A DNA stretch of 64,000 nucleotides from Andalucia godoyi And28 (lineage: Eukaryota > Protista > Jakobida), in the NCBI GenBank assembly GCA_009859145.1, contig VRVR01000005.1:339448-403447 (forward strand), written 5' to 3'. The translations under genes were made by a program, and so were the position numbers. A model generated the notes under the pieces. That model was not told where the DNA came from. It saw only the letters and a list, made by a program, of their open reading frames with translations, and made no database searches. Below are positions 1 to 8,418 of this stretch, one piece after another; position 1 is the first letter of the stretch, and every line of letters starts with the position of its first letter.

Positions 1-948
1 TTTACTGCTCTTTCCCTGGCTTCCCCCAACGACCCTCGCTCCACCATTGCCACTCTCACCTCCACTCTTATTACCACTACCACTACTATTACTGCTGCTG
101 CTGCTGCTGCTGCTGCTGGAGTTTTGAAACGCATGAAACGCAGATGCGGATGATGACGACGACGCAGAAGAGGAAACAGAAGAAGAGGAAGAAGAAGAGA
201 GAACAGGTGCGGAAAACGGCGAGTGTAACAAGGACGGATTTGAGAGTGGTGGACTTGAAATCTCTGTAGCACTGAACCTCTGCATTTGGATGCTCGTCCT
301 GTTTGCACCTGTTGCATGAAGTGCGGCAATACTGGTACTGGTGATGGAAGACGAGGCACGGTGCCTGTTTGGAGGAACTGAGAGGCTCAGACTGGTATTG
401 GGGACTGCGGCCGAAACCGCATAGGAAGCCCCTGTGGAAGGAATGTTGAGAAAAAACGAAAAATAATCGAGATCGATCGCGTCGGTTTCGAACAATTCAA
501 CGAGTCGTTCAACAGCATATCTCGTTCTGCCTCTCGCAAACAGTCTATACTCATCTACGATCATAGCGACGCTCCAGCCCATCAGTCGTTTCAAGCACCC
601 CACAACAGCCGACGTGAGATGGACTCCCGATGCGCACATGATGAGCACCGGGTGGTTGTTCGCATCCAGCAGAAACTCAAGACACAACTTCATATGATCA
701 TGGTCGAGCGGATCCCATGACTCAGCATACGCGGCATCTTCCGTCCACAGCGACTGCAAGGTTGGGCAGAACAAGTGGATGCGGTATCCGTCGATCCAGT
801 CCCGCATTCGACGCTCCAGCAGGTCCGGTTCCAGAACCAGCACAGACTTTAAGCCGAGAGTGGACAAGTACGACAAGTGCTCAGGAGCTGGTATCGCACT
901 CCTGTAAATCCCCGGAAACACCATCCCAAACCGACTAGGCGGATTCAT
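1..948 (-). CDS. Siw14/Oca-family (PFA-DSP) phosphatase-like protein, 3' end runs off the window; not in the ORF track
   Basis: Translated by hand from the ATG at 948: MNPPSRFGMVFPGIYRSAIPAPEHLSYLSTLGLKSVLVL...LEFLLDANNHPVLIMCASGVHLTSAVVGCLKRLMGWSVAMIVDEYRLFARGRTRYAVERLVELFETD, followed by a Ser/Gly-rich tail. No stop down to position 1. Confidence 0.85.
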   Translation of the reverse strand, partial: MNPPSRFGMVFPGIYRSAIPAPEHLSYLSTLGLKSVLVLEPDLLERRMRDWIDGYRIHLFCPTLQSLWTEDAAYAESWDPLDHDHMKLCLEFLLDANNHPVLIMCASGVHLTSAVVGCLKRLMGWSVAMIVDEYRLFARGRTRYAVERLVELFETDAIDLDYFSFFLNIPSTGASYAVSAAVPNTSLSLSVPPNRHRASSSITSTSIAALHATGANRTSIQMQRFSATEISSPPLSNPSLLHSPFSAPVLSSSSSSSVSSSASSSSSASAFHAFQNSSSSSSSSSSNSSGSGNKSGGESGNGGARVVGGSQGKSSK

Positions 949-964
949 ATTTCCTGTTGCACGA

Positions 965-1038
<74 letters not shown>

Positions 1039-1046
1039 ACGCACAC
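965..1046. repeat. Compound microsatellite (TC)n(AC)n
   Basis: Directly visible; just upstream of the minus-strand ATG at 948. Confidence 0.95.
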
Positions 1047-1347
1047 CTGGGTGTCTCTCGTCAGTTGCAAAGCTCCATGCGGGATAAAGAGCCGAAAACT
1101 CGCAAGCTCGGCCAAATCGGAGAATGGGGCAAAGTGCACTGAGGAGATCCGGCAGAAGTTTCTGACGTTTACAGTGGATGAAATGCACCCGCTCAAATTT
1201 CCCTTCCAAAATTTGAAAAGTGATCAGCAGAGGATATTTCCTTTTTTCTTTTCTTTTCAGTTTTATTTAGATTTAAATATATTTAAATAAAAATGGCTCA
1301 GAATTCTTCTTTGATTTCTACCGTCCGTCCATTTGATAAGGAAGAGA

Positions 1348-2526
1348 ATGGGAAAGAATGGAGGTGGAAATGTGTTTCAAAAGATGATGGATCAATCGAG
1401 AAAACGCACTGTGGAAAAGCTTCAGAATCCATGTTTGAGTAGCCGTTGCGATGAAGGACAAGAAAGCCGCGATGGTCATTATGATAGTTCAGAGAGCAGC
1501 AACATGAAGAAAAGGAAAAGACCCAGATGTGGCGTGGATGGGACAGTGTCGATTCTGGATGCTGATCTGAACCCTTTTGAGCAGGACGATTTTGCAGTGC
1601 TTCCGCTGCGTGCACAGTCGTTGGTGTGTTCTGCTTCGTCAACGCAAGGAGCGAATCCAGTGGCCCCGCTGCCAAAGGCATCCACACAAATGTTTCTGGA
1701 TTTTGGTCAGTCTGAATTTACGAAAACATGCGGGATGTGCGGCATGGTGTATTCTCCTGGTGTCGATGAGGACGAAATCTTGCACAAGCGGACTTGCAAG
1801 AAGCAGCAGCATTTGAGACCAGAAGCTCAAGAGTTCTTTCGCTTACCGCATCACGGTGCAATTCACAACAAGAAACAGTATGACGTGTTGTTCGAGTATG
1901 AGCCACGGAACATGCCTTTGTTCAAAAGTGATGAAAAGAAGCAGCGGGAAAACGCAAATCTGGATCGGTGGATCCGACCATCGGCTGCCTCGCGAGCCAA
2001 TTCTGCTAAAAGTGAGGACGCTACAAGCAACGTTGTAGAGAGGGAGTTCGTCGCAAAGATAAAACCCGGGTCCCCGTTGAAGAGCAGCATTGTCCAATGG
2101 GTAAGCAGTCGAATGGGCTCATCAACGTCACCCGCGATCGGTTCTCGGGAAGCGGCAGCTGCTCACTTGTCGCCTTTTTCCATTCTTGTTTTCGTTTCCA
2201 ACCACGCCGACAACAGTAGTAGCAGCAGCAGCAACAACAACAACAATAATAATAATAACAGTAACCGTGTGTTAGGAGTCCTTCAATATCGGTTTGAGGA
2301 TGAGAACATCCTGGTGGATCGCATATGGGTCCATGCAGGTGCTCGGAGGACAGGAATTGCAACCAAGCTGCTGGACGTGTGTCGAGCGCATGTATCCGGA
2401 CTCGTTGTGGGAAGCGTGCTACCGAAGCGCAAGGTATGGTGGTCATCTCTTTCGCAAGATGGAATCCGCTTTGCGAAAGCATACTGTGAAACTGACAGTC
2501 TGAACACGTTTGAGTTTCATGGATGA
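1348..2526 (+). CDS. ECO1: Cohesin acetyltransferase Eco1/ESCO (zinc finger plus GNAT domain)
   Basis: PIP-like QMFLDFGQ, zinc finger TCGMCGMVYSPGVDEDEILHKRTC, and C-terminal VDRIWVHAGARRTGIATKLLD...WWSSLSQDGIRFAKAY. First ATG is at 1348. Confidence 0.9.
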   Translation: MGKNGGGNVFQKMMDQSRKRTVEKLQNPCLSSRCDEGQESRDGHYDSSESSNMKKRKRPRCGVDGTVSILDADLNPFEQDDFAVLPLRAQSLVCSASSTQGANPVAPLPKASTQMFLDFGQSEFTKTCGMCGMVYSPGVDEDEILHKRTCKKQQHLRPEAQEFFRLPHHGAIHNKKQYDVLFEYEPRNMPLFKSDEKKQRENANLDRWIRPSAASRANSAKSEDATSNVVEREFVAKIKPGSPLKSSIVQWVSSRMGSSTSPAIGSREAAAAHLSPFSILVFVSNHADNSSSSSSNNNNNNNNNSNRVLGVLQYRFEDENILVDRIWVHAGARRTGIATKLLDVCRAHVSGLVVGSVLPKRKVWWSSLSQDGIRFAKAYCETDSLNTFEFHG

Positions 2527-2562
2527 TGATGGTGATGCCCAGGAATGCGATCAAAAGGCCAC

Positions 2563-3375
2563 TTAGTCGGGTAAGCGCATTGGCGACACATCCGGAATGA
2601 ACTCAACCTTGATATCAAATTCCGATTGAATGAGCTCGGTTCGTGACTTTGCACTGTCAGCTCCTGAGTCAGGCTGAATGGTCGGAACGGATCGCAGAGT
2701 GCGGCGAAGACACGCGGAACTGCAGTGAGGGTGATCGGGACCAAGACGCCAAAAGACGAGTTGGCCAGCGGTGAGCTCAAAAACAAGAATGTTACTGGTG
2801 TGGAAACGGCGAATGGACTTTTTGATTCCTGCAGGCCGATTCATGAACGTCAGGGTTTTGTGAACTGCGTCGTAAGAATCGCACAGGAACAGGAGAGCAG
2901 TGAATGCGATCCCATTGCTGTGCGTAATGGTCGGCTCCACTTGCATGATCTTCACTGCGAAGCAGTCTCCCTTGGTATTTGCTGGGTTCGATGGGACTGG
3001 AAAGAACGCGTAGAATCCGAGCATCTCGGGAAAGCAGACGAGGCTCTTCCGAATTTCCGACGCTTGCAATCGCTCTATAAACTGTTCCATGAGCACAGAT
3101 CGCACATCGTGCTCTTGTTTGAAATTGTGAATAAACTTGATTGTGCGCGTGACTACATCCAACGAACACTCTGGAACCTCTGCTTCGCGAAGAAACACGG
3201 AAATCAAGCGAAACACGTCCGGAGAACAGTCAAACCCAACACTCTGTAGTGGATCGTGCGACAACACTGGCATCCACAACGGCAAATCGCCGTCGTCCAC
3301 ATCGAAAAACGTCCTGAGGCTGCCAAAATCGCAAAGAAATCGCTCTTCGCCAACATCCACATATATCAGTACCAT
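2563..3375 (-). CDS. Hypothetical protein with a divergent N-terminal KCTD-type BTB/POZ domain
   Basis: VLIYVDVGEERF and FDCSPDVFRLISVFLREAEV resemble the BTB_2 motifs (LNVGG.F; DRDP..F..ILNFLR). First ATG is at 3375. Confidence 0.6.
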   Translation of the reverse strand: MVLIYVDVGEERFLCDFGSLRTFFDVDDGDLPLWMPVLSHDPLQSVGFDCSPDVFRLISVFLREAEVPECSLDVVTRTIKFIHNFKQEHDVRSVLMEQFIERLQASEIRKSLVCFPEMLGFYAFFPVPSNPANTKGDCFAVKIMQVEPTITHSNGIAFTALLFLCDSYDAVHKTLTFMNRPAGIKKSIRRFHTSNILVFELTAGQLVFWRLGPDHPHCSSACLRRTLRSVPTIQPDSGADSAKSRTELIQSEFDIKVEFIPDVSPMRLPD

Positions 3376-3766
3376 GTTCTCATAATGACGACAGAGATAT
3401 GAACGCAAAAGAATCTCAAAACCCCAGCAAAACAAAAAGGGTTCTTCTCGTTAGCAGAAATGTTTTTTAATTGTCTGTGTTTTACTTCGGTTTCGTCGTT
3501 CCCATCCAGCTAGAACTAAATAAAAAGACGAATTCTCGGTCTTTGTCTTCCATGATTTGCGTTTTATTTGCTCCTAATCTTTCGCTTTTGATTGGAGTGC
3601 ATCCGTACTCCTTTTGTACCAATCGACCCTACGCTAGCGCTCAGCTTTCGCGAGCTGTATGGGCGACCTATGATGCCGTATATATTGATCAAAGGGAAGT
3701 GTATGTTGCTACAGAATTGCGATTGATGTGAGATATATCCTGTAAAACGAATTATACTCGCAAACA

Positions 3767-6700
3767 TTACACATTCGAAATGGTCCATTTTTCAAACCTT
3801 TTGCTGGAATCGCGATCACAGAGTTTCTTAAACAAGTGGTTAAAGACACACTCGGGGCATGCAACAGCACTAGGACTTCTTTCAAGCTCCTGCATCACGG
3901 CTTGGACGGTGAGAGGACATGATTTCAACAGCCCGAAAAGCCCGCATCGATCCTTGAAAGTTGGCAAAATGATATCGAGAAAAGTGTGCTCGACAAACTG
4001 GTGTCCGCAGGAAAACACGCGATAGTTCACCCCTTTTTCGCGTAACGAGGAGAGGCCCACCCGGATGAACTCTCGCTTGCGCATCTTCTTCAATATGTTC
4101 TCAGAGATGTGACGAACAAGGATTTCGCTCGAGTTTGCAACCGCAGTTTGGGATTCGCGTCTTTCTTCAGCGTAATTCTCTAAAGCCAGCAACAGCAGAT
4201 CGACATGCGGAAACTGGACGTTCATTGCCGGGACACGAAGAAAGTGCAGCAGAGCCTTGGAGAAGATCGACATTCTTTCTTCAACATACGACACCAGGCG
4301 TTCCGACAACTGGGCAAACGGAAGAATCATGACAAACACGTCGTGCATCAGAAATGCTGCTTGACGATCGGTTACACCCATCTTGGAATCGTTCAAAGCA
4401 GCAAATAGGTCTTCAAGAATTGAGTACACCATCAGGCTGAACTCGGTGACAGTGCTGACCTCGGAAACAGACGAGTCTTGGAAGTAGGCACGACACCGAC
4501 TGATTCGAAGAGCGAGAGACTCTGACATGCGGCCGTTGACTTTAAGCAGCTCTTGCGCCAGCTGCCACTCCTGGTACCGAACCGAGTAGCGGAACACAAT
4601 GTCAAAATCAACTACTTTTTGATGCACGCGGATGTATCGGGAAAATGAGGAGAATAGCTCATTACGCTCTTCGTCCGCGGAAGGATCGGATCGGTACTTT
4701 GAATACAGGATGATGAGCGCCACAAAATAAAAATTGGACGAAGGAGCGAGAGATGGAAGAAGCTGCCGCAAATGCAGCATCGATAGGCAAGGAAGATCGT
4801 CTGCCAACAACGGACCAAAGCTCGACATCGTTTCCCGTGATGATGCAATGAGCAACGCTCGAAGATGGGGCTTTCGTGTCAGGTACAGCAAGACTGAGTT
4901 CGCGGGAGCTGCTAACATGGATCCGTAGTTGTGGAAAACGAGGAAGTTCGCAATCGCCTCGTCCTCCATCACGAAATACATATCGCGATTGATCAAAAGG
5001 TTAAAAACGGACTCCATCAAGGAGAGATTTGCCGAGTTCTTGCGATAATGCGCAGCATGGAACGCGAGGAGAGGGAAGCCAGAAGTCACCAGACTGAAAA
5101 TGGCGGATCCCGCATTGTAGAACATGTTATCCCGGACAAAAGCCTGCAGCCCGTCTACTTCTCGAAATTCCACAGCCCTGTGCAACAGCACTTGGAACAT
5201 GAGATCAGAGACTGAGCGTTGGTTGGAGAGCGTCAAGGAATCCAGTTTCTTAACACAGTCCTTCAGCAAGCCGAGAATGACGCTCGTTCTCGGCTCGCCG
5301 TCGGACAGATACGATGCGACAAGCTTGCTGACAATCTTATCAATAGGAGCACCAGAGAGTTTGTACAGGGCAACTGCAAGACGATACTCCTTTTGGGAAT
5401 ACGCGGCATCTGCCGACGTTTCGTACAGTTGCAGAACGTCCAAGTTGAAAGATTTGGCAAGCCGTTCTGCAACAGAAAAGGAAACCGTTCCGCCCTGAAG
5501 AAGCTGGCAAAACACTGACGACGGAGACTCCCGCAAGCTGATGGTGAACACAGACGATTGTGTGAAAATGTAGAACAGATCATTGAACACCGGATGCTGC
5601 ACAAATCCAAGGCAAATCTCCTTTGCCGGAAGCCGAAGTTCCTGAAGAATTGCATGCTCCATTCGTTTTCCAAGAGACCCAATACTCCTTGTTACTATTG
5701 GAGATTCGTCTTCATTTCTTTGGCCACCGGTTGCGGAAGGACTCGACGGACCGTTCATGTCCGAGTGCGAATGGACGAAAGAACTTGACGAACTGCTCAA
5801 GCTTGCGCATGAAATAGAAGAGAACAAGCAAATGCGTTCGCCAACACGAGAATCCAGCTGACTGCCCCGACAAAGTCCAAATATCAACTGCGATGTGGGC
5901 AAGACGAAGTCTGCATCGGAGGGAACATGAAACACAAACAACGGATATTCTTCATTGAGAGATCGCGCGTCGAAAATCTCGCATCGTCCCTGCAAACGAT
6001 CGTGCGCAGCTATCATTGGAGACTGAGAAACTAGGGAATTTGATGTAGAAGAGGATTTCTCTGCCGAACGGAACGAACGGATGGCTTCGACGGAGCAGTG
6101 ATTGGAGGCTGAAAACTTGCTCAAGAGCGAGGGTTTGAAGAGGTTCACTTTCTTCCCTTGAAGTGGATCAAATACTCGCAGGAACTTTGTATGCTTCGGT
6201 CCCGTAACGGTTAACACAGGAGGAACGCCGGGGTCTGGCATTTCTAAATACAGCTGGAAATACCTGCCATTCACGCAGCGTACGAGGACATATGATTCGA
6301 ACGCGCTTGGAAATGACAGAACTTCCATCTTCATGATGGAAGAACCAAAGGCATCCGCAGACAAGGAAAACACTTCCTTCTTCTTTGAGAGGTCAACAAT
6401 GCACAGACACCCTAGAGAGCTGCCAATAATCGCGTAGTGCTCTCCTGAAATCAAAGAAGTCCACCAAACAACTGCGGTGACATGATTCTGGGAAGAGACG
6501 TACGGCAGGACGCCTAGCAGAACACCGGAAAATGAATGCACAGAAGACGAAGCAGCGGAAGCTGCAACTGAGCCGCCATCCCCGCGCTGCGGTGGGACCG
6601 GCCTCTCCCCGCTCAGTTCTTCGATTGAAATCAACCCCCTTCTGTAGTTGAACAGGATCGAGTCTGGATTGGATCGGTCGATTGCCGAGGATTGGTCGAT

Positions 6701-7909
6701 GAAAGAAGAAAATGGAAACGTGCAGCTGAATGCGATAGGGACCACGTGCCCCTCAATAGAAAACGGGTCTGCAATCGTGTGCGATCCATCAAGTCCGACA
6801 TTCATTGTCATTTCATAGAGCGATGGTTTCAACTTGGGCTCCGACGCAGAGATAGACAGTGGACGGTCGCTGATCTTGAACAGCGCAGAATTCTTGTCGG
6901 CGGACACAACATTTCGACTCACGTTCGACGCATCACCTGTCTTGGGTGTGATGCCGAACGCCGCAATGGCTCTGGAAAGGGGAGAAAACGACACTGGATC
7001 GCCAAATGTGACAACTTGCTTGAGCGGGGTCAAATGCTTGTGCAGCGGAACAATGTACAGTTGTGCATTCAAGGTCGAGCACATCAAGTATTTGGCATCT
7101 GGAGACAAGTCCATTCCTCCGCGGATGTCAATCGACTTTTCTCTGAACCAGGACAATGTTCTTGCACATCCAGTCGACTTGTGGCGCTCATCGTCGATCG
7201 GTATCGGTGCATCACCGTTGTTCTCCTTCTCTGTCGTCTCTAAATCCGCGTCTTGCCAGTACAACAACAAGTCATTATTGGAATATCGAACGACAAGAAC
7301 CGTATTTTCTGCATCTCCACCGGCGATCACATCCTGAATAGCAATTTGTTTCGGCTGCTTCGTTCTTTTCGGGTCAGGAGACGCACCTCTTCGAAACGAG
7401 CGAATTGAGGAATTGTCGGTGTTCTCAGCCTCGTCATTATCGCCATCGGCGACATCGTATTCAGAATCCGATCCGTCCCGTTGTTTTGCGTCGGAAAGCA
7501 TGCTTTCGACTGTGTATCCTTCAAACTCGGACTTCAGAAGCGAAGCATCCACTTCCTCCTCCTCAAAATTCGGCTCCTGCATGACAAACGTCGGCAGTCG
7601 GTTGCCCTTTGTCGTTCGTTCTGACGTCGGCGGAGATGAGGACGATTCAAACAATCCGGCATCGGGAACAACAGGAGAGTTCAGAGATTCTGTGTCGAAT
7701 TGGTTACCAAAGGGACTCATCGTAGACAGTATGCCACCAACACCATTCTTACGTGGCGGCTTCTGCGCTTCTTTCGGCTCCGCAACTGGATTCGCAGGTT
7801 TTCCATTGGAAACGGGAGCCTTTGCTTTGCGCCTCTTTACGTTTCGCACAGTTATGAACCGCTTAAGCTGGCAAATGTCAAAGAAGACGAGATCAGGTCC
7901 TTCGTTCAT
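3767..7909 (-). CDS. Large beta-propeller / alpha-solenoid / C-terminal Cys-His protein, tentatively claret-like (vesicle-trafficking type)
   Basis: Open frame of ~1380 aa with a beta-strand-rich N-half (VVWWTS...AIIGSSLG), a helical middle (AERLAKSFNLDVLQLYE...AVALYKLS) and C-terminal FSCGH...ACPECV. The track start at 7951 is TTG; the first ATG is at 7909. The CDS is solid but the family call is from recollection. Confidence 0.75.
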   Translation of the reverse strand: MNEGPDLVFFDICQLKRFITVRNVKRRKAKAPVSNGKPANPVAEPKEAQKPPRKNGVGGILSTMSPFGNQFDTESLNSPVVPDAGLFESSSSPPTSERTTKGNRLPTFVMQEPNFEEEEVDASLLKSEFEGYTVESMLSDAKQRDGSDSEYDVADGDNDEAENTDNSSIRSFRRGASPDPKRTKQPKQIAIQDVIAGGDAENTVLVVRYSNNDLLLYWQDADLETTEKENNGDAPIPIDDERHKSTGCARTLSWFREKSIDIRGGMDLSPDAKYLMCSTLNAQLYIVPLHKHLTPLKQVVTFGDPVSFSPLSRAIAAFGITPKTGDASNVSRNVVSADKNSALFKISDRPLSISASEPKLKPSLYEMTMNVGLDGSHTIADPFSIEGHVVPIAFSCTFPFSSFIDQSSAIDRSNPDSILFNYRRGLISIEELSGERPVPPQRGDGGSVAASAASSSVHSFSGVLLGVLPYVSSQNHVTAVVWWTSLISGEHYAIIGSSLGCLCIVDLSKKKEVFSLSADAFGSSIMKMEVLSFPSAFESYVLVRCVNGRYFQLYLEMPDPGVPPVLTVTGPKHTKFLRVFDPLQGKKVNLFKPSLLSKFSASNHCSVEAIRSFRSAEKSSSTSNSLVSQSPMIAAHDRLQGRCEIFDARSLNEEYPLFVFHVPSDADFVLPTSQLIFGLCRGSQLDSRVGERICLFSSISCASLSSSSSSFVHSHSDMNGPSSPSATGGQRNEDESPIVTRSIGSLGKRMEHAILQELRLPAKEICLGFVQHPVFNDLFYIFTQSSVFTISLRESPSSVFCQLLQGGTVSFSVAERLAKSFNLDVLQLYETSADAAYSQKEYRLAVALYKLSGAPIDKIVSKLVASYLSDGEPRTSVILGLLKDCVKKLDSLTLSNQRSVSDLMFQVLLHRAVEFREVDGLQAFVRDNMFYNAGSAIFSLVTSGFPLLAFHAAHYRKNSANLSLMESVFNLLINRDMYFVMEDEAIANFLVFHNYGSMLAAPANSVLLYLTRKPHLRALLIASSRETMSSFGPLLADDLPCLSMLHLRQLLPSLAPSSNFYFVALIILYSKYRSDPSADEERNELFSSFSRYIRVHQKVVDFDIVFRYSVRYQEWQLAQELLKVNGRMSESLALRISRCRAYFQDSSVSEVSTVTEFSLMVYSILEDLFAALNDSKMGVTDRQAAFLMHDVFVMILPFAQLSERLVSYVEERMSIFSKALLHFLRVPAMNVQFPHVDLLLLALENYAEERRESQTAVANSSEILVRHISENILKKMRKREFIRVGLSSLREKGVNYRVFSCGHQFVEHTFLDIILPTFKDRCGLFGLLKSCPLTVQAVMQELERSPSAVACPECVFNHLFKKLCDRDSSKRFEKWTISNV

Positions 7910-8350
7910 GGATTCTGAAAGAGGACGTGCAGTCGAAAGCAAACAAGGCAATTTTCTGAAGAACCCGCGGGCAAAGAGGTTAAGACAAGGTCAAAAAGGC
8001 GAATTTGTGCAGAATGACTAACGAAAAGGGAAAAAAGGAACTCGGGAGCAAAAGCCCCGGTTTCGTTTCATGTTGAGTTGTTCCCGTGGCGTTTCGTACG
8101 ACAGAAACGAGCTTTCCGAAGCAAGTGCGGTTTCCCTGTGGATTTTTCCAATGGCGGCGGCTTCGTGTTGCTTTGCGGATTCTCTCGGGGAAAGATGTGC
8201 GTCAGGCGTCGCATGATGGATATGAGCAGCGTGAGTTTTTGAGGAGAACGGGCCACTGTCTTTCATTCCAGCGTCCAAAATGGGACTGGTGACTGTTGTG
8301 GGTCAACAAAGACTGAACACAAGGAAAAGAAGAGAAGTTGGAGGAGGAAG

Positions 8351-8386
8351 GGAAAGGGAAAGGGAAAGGGAAAGGGAAAGGGAAAG
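8351..8386. repeat. (GGAAAG)6 hexamer repeat
   Basis: Six perfect copies are visible. Confidence 0.9.
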
Positions 8387-8418
8387 AGGAGGAGAAAAAA
8401 CATGTGAAAGACTCGTTT

